From Mayamaea pseudoterrestris (lineage: Eukaryota): a DNA stretch of 64,000 nt. The position numbers were made by a program, and so were the translations under genes. Position 1 is the stretch's first letter. Each line of letters opens with the position of its first letter. The notes beneath the pieces are model-generated. The model was not told the origin of the DNA, ran no database searches, and saw nothing but the letters and a program-made list of their open reading frames with translations. The DNA lies in NCBI GenBank assembly GCA_027923505.1, contig BROI01000005.1, positions 744,001 through 808,000 of the forward strand, given 5' to 3'. This document shows, in pieces, positions 44,799 to 56,608 of this stretch.

Positions 44799-47094
44799 AT
44801 GCAATTTCTGTTGTCGGTGCTGCTAATACTATTAACTTTTGCGCAAGCTTGGGTCAATGTCCATCCGTCGTCTTCTTCGTCAAGCCATCACATGCAATCT
44901 TTCACGGCACGATTGAATCGACTGCATTCGTCTGGTCGAGTTAGTAGCATTCTTCGGGTCGGTAGCAGTACGTTGGACATGGAGCGAGTCGACAGCACCA
45001 GTGATGACGACGACAACGACATTGTTCTTGGAGAGGATGGCATTTACCAAATTGAAAACGAGCAGCAACATCAAACATTCATGGAAGCCAACAAGGATAA
45101 GCTGGTTGTTATGAAGGTAAGGAATTTATTGATTGAGTGTTTGGAGAAGTCGATGGAGATGCCATCGAGTTGCATCTTTTTAGAGACGCTGACTTTTCTC
45201 AAGTGACTTTTATTGCGAGTTACTCGGTTTGGCACGACAAAGCACCATTTCGTTTACAATGTTCCTTATATATACACACTCGCGCCGTCTCTAACTGCAG
45301 GTCTTTGCTCCATGGTGTCGCGCTTGCAAGGGCCTTGAGCCTAAATTCGTACAAATAGTGCACGATCCAAAGTTTGCCGATTTACCCATCAAGTTTTGTC
45401 AACTCAGCATTCAACACAACAAGGCATTCGTCAAGGAACTAGGGGTATTGGCGCTGCCAACGATTCAATTCTACGTTGCTGGAACATTGGCGGACAATTT
45501 TCCCTGCGGACCAAGCAAGGTTCCTATTTTGAAGCGCAAGCTAGCGACGCTAATTAACGATCACGTCGACAGCGAGACGCGGCTGCTCAAGGAGAGTAGT
45601 ATATTGAATGCAACGGAGAGTGTTGCAGCTTTAACGACACATAAAGATGATGAAGCTACCGGTAGTGTTGGTGCCGCGCGATTCATCGAATCGGCAAAGG
45701 CAAACATTGAGGCGCACGTGGAAGCGCTGGCGGCCAAGGATGCTGCTTCCACTCAGGTTGACATGGCGAGCTTGAACATGTCGGAGGCTGCCAAAATGGA
45801 ACTTGTTAGAAACATTCCGTATTTCAACGACTTGTCGCTGGCTGACTTGGACGTTGTCTTGTCCAGGGCAAAGCAGTTGACGTACGACGCTGGTACGGTG
45901 CTTATGCGACAAGGGAGGCGCGGGCGAACCTTTTACATTTTAACGCAAGGCGAAGTGGAGGTTATGATTCAGCAAGATGCTGGTCTTGATCCACTCGTGT
46001 CGCCCAACCCAAGGTATATGGGTGCGGTGATTAATCGCTTGGGTCCTGGTGGTACGTATCACTTTGAGGAACGCATGCGATAACCAGTTCTACCGGTAGT
46101 CACCCACTCTAAAACTATCTCTCATCTATCTGCAGACTACTTTGGCGAAAGAGCTCTTATTACTGGTGAACCACGAGCAGCAAGTATTCGGGCGACGGAA
46201 ACTGTGACTGTCTGGGCATTTGACAAGGATGATTTCCCTGCATCGTCGGTGTTGTCGGGTCGAACGCTTTATACAACCGAGTTGTCGGGCATGAACGACA
46301 AGTACGGAGTGTCACTCAACGATCTATACAATACTGAAGTTGATCGACAAATCACACAAAGCTCATTGGCTAGTATGAAACGAGGAAGCGTCAATACACC
46401 CGATGTGATTCGTGGCGTTGATACCGACGAGGAAATAACTGACGATGACGAATCGGTAGCAGAAATAGCAGCAGATGAAACGATAACACAAGTATCTGCT
46501 GTTCAACCTACGGCACTACAAACTGACGCTATCTTTGCCCTTTTGACTCGCTTTCAAATGATCCGACACGTTAGCCAGTGCTACGATTACATAATTAACA
46601 TGCGTGCCGTCTGGGGCGATGAAGTAAGCATTCGACGATCCATGCTTGTGAATCGTTTGAGCGCCGCCCAACGAACTGAATTTTCCGAGACGTTTAAACT
46701 GATTGACCGCAACGGCGACGGAACAATTACCTTGCTCGAATTGAAGCGAGTCATGGAAAGCATTGGCGAAGGCAAGAGCGACTCGGAGCTTCGCGACATG
46801 ATTGATCAATCAGGTGCAGACTCCAAAATCAACGGCGAGTCCGTTTTGAGCATTTCTGATTTTATGGGTATCATGGCGGAAGCTGAATTCTTTAGCTTGT
46901 TCAAGGACATCTTTTCGTCTTTGGACAAGCAGGATTCTGGATTTGTCAAGGCGTCTGAACTTGATCGCGTCCTGTGCGGTGTCCGCGACTTGATTAGTGA
47001 CGACCGCAAGAGTATTATTGATGTCGATGATATGGAGATGCTCATTGACTATGAACAATTTACAAGAATGATGCTTGGGTCGGCTCTGTTATAA
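44799..47094 (+). CDS. Thioredoxin + cNMP-binding + calmodulin-like EF-hand protein, predicted plastid-targeted (exons 44799-45116, 45301-46051, 46136-47094)
   Basis: Leader MQFLLSVLLILLTFAQA-W. Trx K|VFAPWCRACK...LPTIQFY. cNMP QGRRGRTFYILTQGEVEV...G|DYFGERAL....RAASIRA. EF loops DRNGDGTITLLE and DKQDSGFVKASE. Confidence 0.88.
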
Positions 47095-47435
47095 CCTTGT
47101 GGCAGCTACCTACGCAGGCATCCTAGCCACACTTATCGCGAATTATACGCACATTCGGTCGTATAGAGAACTTCACCTTACAACACAGCAGCATAGCAAA
47201 AATTTATTCATGTTGTTATACATTCACATAGGGGCCATGCGCGATACTCTATGAACTTGCACAACCAGCAGTTGGCATGTCAAAATCAGCTCGCGTGTCG
47301 CAGTCAGAACCGTTGCGATTCGTGCACTTTGTGATTGCGCGCCAGTGTCGTCCATCAGAAATCAATCTTGTTCTGCCTTCCCCTGCAAAATCATTCACTT
47401 CACGCGCTCTTTATTACGAGCACAGCATTAGCATC

Positions 47436-48275
47436 ATGTCTGGTCGTTTGGTCATACTACCGAAAAAGTCTTACTGTCCCTGGAAGCCCGAGAACCTTGC
47501 TCGTGTGGAACGCGACGAGCGAATGCACGCCGAGCAGTTACAGCAACAAAATTGTCAGCGCGTACGCAAGCGAGGCCACGAGCGAATGGATAGAATGCGG
47601 AACGAAAAGAGTCGAGGCGGAAGTCATGGAACAACTATTACTAGCGAGTCGCCTCAGCATGTTAATTTGTTTCGGCGCGAGGAGGATGAAGCAGCTCGAC
47701 TTGGTGGACAGCGGCGTACGAATACGTCCGGTCGCTCTTCACGATTGACAGCTGGAACGGAGGCAAAGCCATTTTACATTGAACAACCCGTTTGCATTGG
47801 AACAAAGTCTCGCAGCGATCTTGTACACGAGGCGCAGCATGTACTCAAGACGGCATTGGATCCAGCATCGACTTTTATGTCAAACGATACTCATGGACAA
47901 AACTATCATAACAGCCGGACGCAAAGCACTCGTCAAAATCAGGCACCGGATCTTGTGCAGATTCAGCTTGGACGCACGTCCTCCTTACCCAAGCATGACG
48001 AACGGCGGCGGCGGCGGCGCAAACATGGCGACGACGAGTCTGTCTCTAACATTCACAAGGAAACATCAAAGCGAAGCATCAGGAAGAAGCAAAGGATGGA
48101 GCAGTCACAACCAAGCATATCTGACGGTGCATTGGCGGATCTTCGTCGGCGGCGAATGGTGCGAGAAAGTGACGAGCGAGAGCGTCAAGAGACGATCACA
48201 ACAAGCTACGGCTATGCGAATGGGAGGAATCAAAGGAAATACAATGATCAGTTTCACCCAAGTCTGGCTAGATAG
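47436..48275 (+). CDS. CIR_N-domain (LENG1/Cwf25-like) splicing-associated protein
   Basis: N-terminal ILPKKSYCPWKPENLARVERDE, HVNLF and C-terminal KYNDQFHPSLAR. Confidence 0.75.
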   Translation: MSGRLVILPKKSYCPWKPENLARVERDERMHAEQLQQQNCQRVRKRGHERMDRMRNEKSRGGSHGTTITSESPQHVNLFRREEDEAARLGGQRRTNTSGRSSRLTAGTEAKPFYIEQPVCIGTKSRSDLVHEAQHVLKTALDPASTFMSNDTHGQNYHNSRTQSTRQNQAPDLVQIQLGRTSSLPKHDERRRRRRKHGDDESVSNIHKETSKRSIRKKQRMEQSQPSISDGALADLRRRRMVRESDERERQETITTSYGYANGRNQRKYNDQFHPSLAR

Positions 48276-48777
48276 GAGGTTTTTATGACATAAACTTTCT
48301 ACGAAGTGCATGCTTCCATGCTGCTCATAAAATCTTGCTTGGTGAATCCTGTACTCGTAGCCGCAAAATGCATTCTCCCCGCAAAACTCGCGGCTCCACG
48401 CTTCGAGTCAATGTTGCATTGCTACAATCATAATGAAGTGTTGCCGAGTAAAAGAGCGAAATCGTAGCTATTTGCTCTTGAGTTTCCGTTGCTCTGGTAG
48501 CTCCCATACCTACGGCAGGAAACATGAACAAAGCGTGAATGGAAATGTTGTCGTAGACACACTCCTTGATGATCGCTAGTAACGCGGACGACAAAAGCAC
48601 AGAACGCTTGAGAGTCGGAACAGGAACGGATCTTGCTCGACGCGGAGGATCGCCATTCGCTGTTCATAGTAACAGCGACAAACAAGGCCTTAGCATTACA
48701 CTTCCATCTACTATTAGACTTTGCAGATTACTTTGAAGACAATTTGTCGTCTGAATCCCTAACAGTACCTTCCAATT

Positions 48778-49892
48778 ATGACACCTTCTCTCGAAACACC
48801 GCCGCCGCAAAAGATTCTGCATTATCCGATCCATGGCGACTTGAACGGAGGCACCTTGATTCTTCTTGGCGACAAGCAGGCCAAGAATGTTGTATTCTTG
48901 ATGGGAGGCTTTCCGGATGATCATCAGGTAAATTGTGAATGGAGATGGACTCAATTTTCCTTGTGCATGAGTGACTTCTCCGTCTGATCATCGCTCATCC
49001 TTTACACTACCTTACGTTGCAACATTACAAATCACATTTACAGGCATTTTTAAACATGGCAACATCCTTGGCGCAGAACGGTTGTTTCGTTGGAGTCACT
49101 TGCTTGCCCGGCTACGATCGCATTGAGCCATGGGTCAAGCATCCGCACGGTTTCACCTTGGAGCAAATTGTCGCCGCCTGCGGAGGCGCCATGTACGCGC
49201 TCGTGGCGCAGTCGCAGGCCAGCGAGCGAAATCTGACCTGCATGTTTCATGATTGGGGATGCGTCTTTGGACTGGTGCAGGCGAATCGCGTGATACAGGA
49301 AAATGTTCCGTTTTTGCATCCCAAGCAGTTGGTGCTGTTTGATGTTTGCGGACCGCCTCATCCAGAGATTCAAGCAAATATGAATGACAAGGGTAAAATG
49401 GGCTTTTGGAATTCATTTAAAGCCGCAACCTATCAGCTATTTTTCGCTGGCTGCTTTGCGCTGCAGACGCACGTTTCGCGTCACTTGGCGCACGCCTTTT
49501 ACGCTGTTGGATCGTTGGTGCTGTTTCGCATTTTGCCATTCAACCCCGTGGGGCCGCAGGACAAGCTTTTGCTACAAAGTCGAGCAACCTCCATTCCGAC
49601 GCGCAAGTTCATATACATGATGTATCCATACTACTACATGGCGCGTCAGGGAAGGAGTTTCTTCAAGCAGTATCACTTGCCGAAACCAAATGATATGCGA
49701 GTCTTGTACATGTATGGCGTGAACAAGAATGTCATGTTCCACACGCCAGGGACGCTGCAATACTTTGCTGAGCAGGATTCGGCAAAGGCCAAGGCGGAAG
49801 CTGTGGAAGATTCTGGACACTGGTTGTATCTGCATCGGCCGGAGCATTGCTTAAAGGCGGTGCTGAATTTTTGTTTTGGAGACGAAAAGTAG
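48778..49892 (+). CDS. Alpha/beta hydrolase, epoxide-hydrolase-like (intron 48928-49043)
   Basis: MGGFPD oxyanion motif, LPGYD, FHDWG (Asp nucleophile) and GHW catalytic His. Confidence 0.85.
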
Positions 49893-50090
49893 ACGAACAT
49901 GATTTCAAATGTGGTGTTTCTATTCGTATTATATAATATAATGATGTATTATGATTTGTTACATGTGAAATATGACGACATTCGTCCAGTCTCGGCAAAG
50001 ATGTCAAAATGCTCGGTCGATGTCTGCCACCAAAACTAACATAGCTACATCCAGTGCCACTTGACGATAAGCAATCTGGATAACCGTTCT

Positions 50091-53000
50091 TTACAAATGC
50101 ACGAGCCGACTGCGAGCATACTGCGTGTCTCGCCGACTCGCCTTGCTGTACTCGCGCTTGAGCTTGGCTTCTCCGTGGCGAAGCCATTCAACAGGGTCTG
50201 GTCCAACCATGGCTGTCAGCTCATCGTTTAAACCATTCTCGCGACACAATGCGCGCAGTCTCGACAAGGAAGCTTCTCCTGGTGCGGCTCCGTGAACAGC
50301 CAAACATTCTTTTAAAAGTAACATAGCTGAGCCCGCCTGGCCATGGCGACCGCAATACTCGACAAGTGAGCCGTACGAAATAATATCCAGCTCTGTCCCA
50401 GCCTCTTTCAGTTGATGCTTAAATGCCAATGCTCGCGAGAAACGATTGCTGCTGAGAAACATTTGTAATAGTAGTCGATTGCTATATTCATTGGGGACCA
50501 TGCCGTGCCGAAGATACTCGGATTCGAAAAAGTCCAATGCTCGGTTCAAACTGCCTGACTTGGTTTCAAGTTCCAAAGCCCCGTTCAACATGTGCATATC
50601 CACCAGACCATCTTGCCCTGCCTTGTGGACCACGTAGCGCGCCGTCATGGAACTCATTTGCTTCAGCCACGTAGCCGTCACATAGTCCGGCATCTTCTCT
50701 CGGACGAGTGGGATCAACTCCAGGAGTGGCGGATCATCTAAATTCTTCTTAAAAACAGTCAGGATTTTCGATAATCGCCGGTCGGAAAAGGCTGGAAACA
50801 AACTGCGAAGCTCTTCAAGCTCTGAACCTTCTAACTCGTCAAGTGGATCCAGAGAATATGATTCGTCAATGGCTCCATCATATACAGCCATATCACTCAA
50901 TTTCGCGAGCTCGGCCATCTGATGCATTGACGAGTTAGCCAGCGCCTGATTTAGTAAAGTCGACTTTGTTGATACAGGAGTTTCGCTTTCGTCACTGCCG
51001 TTGTCACTCTTTGGTTCAGTCTCTGTAAAGTTGCTTAAAGCATCATCCATCGGCGAGCCACCTTTTAAATCCGATTCAATGCCCTCCCATATTTTGTCGA
51101 ATCCATCCGATTCAGATTCGGATTCAGTCTCGTCGTCTTGAGATGAAGCGTCGGCACTTTTTAACCGTTGCAGATCTCCAGAGCCGACAAGTCCACGCTC
51201 AACCAGCTCATTCATATCCATGTTCATCACTTCATTGTACTCTTCCTTCATCAAAGTGAAAAGCTCTCTAGCCTCTTCTTCGTCGACCTCATCAAATTCT
51301 TCGCCGCTGTCTGCTATCTCGGCACGCAGGTCGTCGTAGAATTTGACAAACTCCGCCTCGTCAAAACCTATACCGCTTTGTGATTGCACCTGATCGTTTG
51401 GAAAAAGACGGTCAGTAAATATGTGTAGCAGCAGTCACATCCACGCAACGACAAAAAAATCATCGAGCGTTAAAAAAGCAATCACTGCAGATTAATATAG
51501 CCGCAAACCGATCCCAAGAAGACATCAAAATGTATGAAGCAAGTTCATACGTCACATGGGCAACGTGCAAAAAGTCACGGCAGAAACGACATAACACTAT
51601 CGACACTTACATTTTCATACTCATCCTCGTCTGTTTTTAAAACCTTCGATTCAAAAGCAGTGAGGGCGGGATCGGAGGCTTCCTTCTTTTTTACGGGGCG
51701 ATGAAGCCACCGCATGGCGTCTACATCGAAATACAATTCTTCCCCTTCACTGGCATCGATGTGTGTGTCCAGCGATAGCGATGAGTCTGAGTCCACCCCG
51801 CCAAGATTAACGCTATGGCTCGGATGAGGTACCGAGCTGGCTGGCGCAGCCTTACTTCCTTTGTCGTTGGCAACGCGGTTCTCGCTGCTGCCTCCTGAGG
51901 ACAGAAGTGGATTTGCAACGTTACTCACTTGCAAGGAGTCGGTCGCGCGATCCTTCCAGCTCATGGTTTCAAAGTCGAAATACATGTCGACTTTTGGAGT
52001 TGAAACATTTGCCTCCGTTCCAGACATTTCCGATTTTCTCACTGGATCGCTATCGTCCTCTCCAGATGGTAGCAGGACACGACTGTCCTCTCGACCAGCA
52101 ACTGCATCCAGTAGATGTTGTGAATCTTCGTCCTTGTACTTCATGCGCCAAATATCTTCAGGCGTTGTTTTGCGAAACTCTTCCTTCAACTCTCCTTCGT
52201 CATTGAGGTATATCTTTGCAAACTCCTCATCCAGCTCGTCCAAGGATCCACCTTCCAATTCTTCCACACCCTTGAATGCACGCTTACTACGTTTCCCTCC
52301 TCGGTATTCGTCTTCGTCCTGCTCTCCCTCCCACGTCAAATCATCAGACGTTGACTGGAAGGGAATTGAGTTGTCAACATAGTTAGGAACTTTCTGCGCA
52401 GTCAAGAGCCGAAGAGAATCCTCGCAAAGGTAACCTCGATTCTCTCGGCCTTGCCAAAGTGTGCCAATAATGTTGCTATCTACAGCATTAGCGCAAGCAT
52501 GGAGTATGGCAGACAGCACTCGACTGTCCTTGCCATATTCACGTTCCTCGTGCGTTAATCGCTTGGACTGATTGTACGTTGCCAGACTAGATGAGTTGTT
52601 TGAATGCAACAAACGCGACCCATCGGTATTGTCGCTTCCTTCAGATAGCAGCAGCCTGTCGTCCACTACATCCGGCTCTCCTCTCAGCTTCGCCAAATGC
52701 CTGTTCGACCCAATCGACCGAAACTGGTCCAACTTGCGAATCTCACTCGCCACAAAAATCGCCTTGGCTGTAGCAACATCCCCGACATTGGCCGCGCACA
52801 TGATGAGCGCCGCCACAAAGCCATCATCCTGCTCCACCTGCGCACTCTCCGCTCGCTGCAGTATTCTCGCCGCCATTTTCCCATGATGCGACGCCAATAG
52901 CTCACGCCGTCGGTTCCGCTTGGACGATCCATTCTCATATCGAATCGCAATGGCCTGACTCTTGGCCACGGCCCGGAGCGCACTAGTGAAACACAGAGTC

Positions 53001-54394
53001 GTTGGTTTCACCTCTAGTTGCTCCATTTCCTCCAAAATGTTCAAGGCCCGCTCGGCATGTCCCACGCAGGCACATATTCTTAGCATGGCACCGTACGCCA
53101 TGACATCTGGATCAACGCCAACGACGCGCATGTCCATCCACTTGCTCCAGCAGTCCTGTGCCGCCTTGGCGCGTACTTTGTGCGACACGCGACCGTCGCT
53201 GCACACCTTGTAGCAGGCGGCCAAGTATGACGTGTAGGTTGGTAACGCTGGTGTTACATTGTGCGTCAGCATTTCCTCCATGACCGCGGCGCATCCTTCG
53301 TGGTCGCCCACCTTGGCGTGCAAGTCCACCAGTATGGACCAGGTGTAGGGACTGGTGATTTTGTTGGCGTGTAACTGATGAGTGTCGACTGGTTGTTGCT
53401 GATCCAGCATGAGTTTCATGACCCGCCGACCTTCAGCTGGCGTACGACAGCACGACATTAAGGCATTGAAGGAATACTCGTCGAGCGTTTCGAGTGGCAC
53501 TTGCAAGTCCTGCAGCACGAACGAAAGAGCTCGCACCAAGCCAATGGGTTTCTGCTTGGTGCCGTGCTTGTCGCGAAAGGCGCGAATGGTGCGGGCAATG
53601 GATTGATCGGATGGAAGTAGATGCAGTAGTACAGGTAGTGATGACGATGATGAAGAATTGTCGTTTCCGTTTTGCTTCTGCTCTAGCAGCAAACGCTCCT
53701 GCTCATGATAGGCTTGCATTTTTTGCAAAATATCGTCGCGATATTGTTGAAACAAGTCACCCAAATATTTCGGCCGCGGCGTTGGTTGCGACGACAAGTG
53801 CTTGGTGTTTCCCATTAAATCGTCCAGCAGCGCGTCGTCCAACGTGTAATCGTCGTGGTCGTCATCGTCATCCTGCGTCACCAAGGCGGACCCGGCGGCT
53901 GCTTCCCGCGCCCACTCGTCTTTCATGGCTTGATAGTACTCGCGGCGGGGACCTGCCCGACTGCCCGGAGCGCCATGCTGGCCTGGTATCTTGGGAGCGT
54001 CGCGACCACTACCGTCACTTTGCAACTTTTGATGATTCTTGCCGTATTTTTCTTGCAAATGCCGATGGTAGGATTTGCGCTGCTTTTTGGTGGGAGGCCG
54101 TTGCTCGTGCATGCGCGTCGATGCCTTGTTGCCGTCCTTGCGCTTCCAGCGGACTTGATTGCTGTAGTTTATTTGTATAGGATCAAAGAAGTTTAGTTTA
54201 TGAAAAGAGTGAAAATGTATGCAAGAAGATGTAGCTGTAGCGAGACTGGAATAGTGTGCAGTAGGATGAAGCATGAACGTCGTCGGCAGAATTTCCCTGG
54301 TGTCTGCTCGCTGTCGTCGTCCCGCCAAACATTCTTTCCTTCTTCCATGTCTTGCTGTTAGTTTCGAGATTGCTGATATGCGACTCGCGAGCAT
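50091..54394 (-). CDS. Pentatricopeptide-repeat (PPR) protein, probably mitochondrial (intron 51390-51610)
   Basis: PPR motifs YSFNALMS, TWSILVDLHAK.G, PDVMAYGAML and ISYGSLVEYCGRHG. R-rich presequence. A phase-0 intron joins the two long ORFs. Confidence 0.85.
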
Positions 54395-54580
54395 ATTTTT
54401 GCCTTCTGAATATATAAGGTTGGGCTAGAGGGACGGATCGGAGGATTTTGTGAGCCATGGTTTTGATCGAACCGATGGCTGTCACGAGTGTCGGACCGTT
54501 GTTGATACATATCGCATCGTTACTCATTCCGCCGCGCCGACTGCCACGGAACTCATCTGCGCAACACACACTACTTGTCC

Positions 54581-55252
54581 ATGATGGATCCTTTCCTTCG
54601 CCACCACCATCCCATTGTCACGTCGGCGGAATCCGAGTCAGAGTCATCGATTGATAATGATGACGAAGACGAAGACGAAGACGAGGAATTGCTTCCGCCG
54701 AGTTCATGCAGCAAGAAGGAAGCAGAGACCAAGAAGATGCATGACAAAAGCGACGATGACAATCACGAACACGACGAAGACGACCTTTACGACGACCAAG
54801 CCGACTTGGAGGATGAAGCCTACGTGAATCGTCACTTTCGGACTCATGTAGGTGATAGTAATGACAACGCTGCATCCACTACGACACATTCCGACGCAGT
54901 CCTGTCGTGTCCCTGCTGCTTTTCGACTGTTTGCATGGACTGTCAGCGCCACGAGCGCTACGAGAACCAATACCGCGCCATGTTTGTCTTGAACGTGAAC
55001 GTCAATGAGCAGGAGCAGTGGATCTACAGTGGCGAGACGCAGGGGTTGGTGCGCAAGGAAATTGTAGAGGCAGCAGTTGACAGCGTGATGCATGCGACTG
55101 GCAGCAGCACGGCAGTTGATCCAGTGCCAGTGGAACCCTCGGCGGAACCAATCTATTTGACGGTCAATTGCGCCAACTGTCACACCCAAGTGGCGGTTTT
55201 GGATGACGAGCAAGTGTATCACTTTACCAATTGCTTGGTGGCGTCTGGGTAA
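54581..55252 (+). CDS. EAPP: E2F-associated phosphoprotein (EAPP) homolog
   Basis: DDLYD...D.EDE.YV, SDAVLSCPCCF..VCMDCQRHE.Y.NQYRAMFV.N and V.C..C...VAV.D...VYHF.N. Confidence 0.88.
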   Translation: MMDPFLRHHHPIVTSAESESESSIDNDDEDEDEDEELLPPSSCSKKEAETKKMHDKSDDDNHEHDEDDLYDDQADLEDEAYVNRHFRTHVGDSNDNAASTTTHSDAVLSCPCCFSTVCMDCQRHERYENQYRAMFVLNVNVNEQEQWIYSGETQGLVRKEIVEAAVDSVMHATGSSTAVDPVPVEPSAEPIYLTVNCANCHTQVAVLDDEQVYHFTNCLVASG

Positions 55253-55547
55253 AACATGTTTGTTTGCGCAAGTGTAGCAATACTGCATGATGTGAAATTG
55301 GTTGCCATTGATAACATTTGCATAAAGGAATAGCATGCGGGATAATTGCAATCAATTGTGGCAATAGGAGCGGAACATAGTCGATTTGAATGACGTTACA
55401 ATGCCAGAGATACAGCAGGCGATCGTGAGTAAAATTGAGCGCGACGACGTACAAACGATACCCGCCAGACTAGAAATTCGCACTGACGAAGATTGATCTA
55501 TAATAGAAATACATTGCGTATATTTGCAGCTAATTGTTATCGCTCAT

Positions 55548-56219
55548 TTACTGCGATAGCTTGCTCATGAGACTCGTAATGGCATCAAACCCAACACTCT
55601 CCTGAAAGACGCGCTCCCGCTTTACATTGTCAGACGTTGGCGTGAAGGTAACGAGATCGTCTGCCACTGACTCGACGGCGTCATGCTCCGTGAGCAAGCT
55701 TGATACGGCCGCCATGGACTCCACGTTGAGTAACTTGGCAACCATCGCTGCTGGCGCTTGCTTGTAGGTGAGCGCCACGACGCTCACTATACCAATTTGA
55801 AACGCCTGCACCGACTGCTTGGCCAAGGTCGCAATATTGGCATTCTCACAAGACTGCAACACTAACAGTTGCTTCCAAAAGGCGGCATAGTGGCATGCGT
55901 CGAGCGCATCGGCGCATATTTGCACCGCAGCGCAAAGCTCCGCACCCATGACGTTGGGCGGCACCATGTACACCAACGCCAAGTAGTCCGTCATGTTGGG
56001 ATATTCGCGCAGCGCCAGTAAGCAGGATAGTGCAATCGACTCTTGGTGCTGCTCGCTACTGCTGCTGGAGGAGGTTGGAAAGAGCTGGTACAGCTTGACG
56101 AGCATGCGCACAGCGTCAAAGGTGTAGGGCGCTTCATTCTTGGCCTGCGCTAACACTTGCGCGTGCAGCTCTGGAATGGCGGATGGGTCGGGACGAGAGG
56201 CACGAGTGTCGGACGGCAT
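55548..56219 (-). CDS. EIF3K: Translation initiation factor eIF3 subunit K
   Basis: Y.FDA...LVKLYQ.FP, L.AL..YP...DY, L.AC.Y..FW and PCI-type helices. Confidence 0.8.
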   Translation of the reverse strand: MPSDTRASRPDPSAIPELHAQVLAQAKNEAPYTFDAVRMLVKLYQLFPTSSSSSSEQHQESIALSCLLALREYPNMTDYLALVYMVPPNVMGAELCAAVQICADALDACHYAAFWKQLLVLQSCENANIATLAKQSVQAFQIGIVSVVALTYKQAPAAMVAKLLNVESMAAVSSLLTEHDAVESVADDLVTFTPTSDNVKRERVFQESVGFDAITSLMSKLSQ

Positions 56220-56608
56220 GTTGCGCGCGCAAGTGTATATTTGTTGTAAGCGTGATTGCTGAGAAGAATGGAACGAAAAGGTGCTTGTCATGGTGGAGAT
56301 CGAAAACGAGAGATCGACGGCTGACAAACGTCGATTATGGATCGGGATCTTTCTTTTCTGTTCAGCTATTCATAAGCAGCCTGCATTTTCTTGGGTTGCA
56401 CCATTGTCTTTACGACTATATGGCTACAAAGCGGCACTCTTTACGCTATTCAAAAAGACTTTAATAAATACTCACTTATAAACAAAATCAGTGGCGGCTT
56501 AATAGTCTTTCTACATGTAATACATTCTAACACTCTCCAGCTCGAAATGAGATGGAAGCATCATAATATGTGGTGGAATCGCTCTCACACACAGGCTGCC
56601 AATCATGC

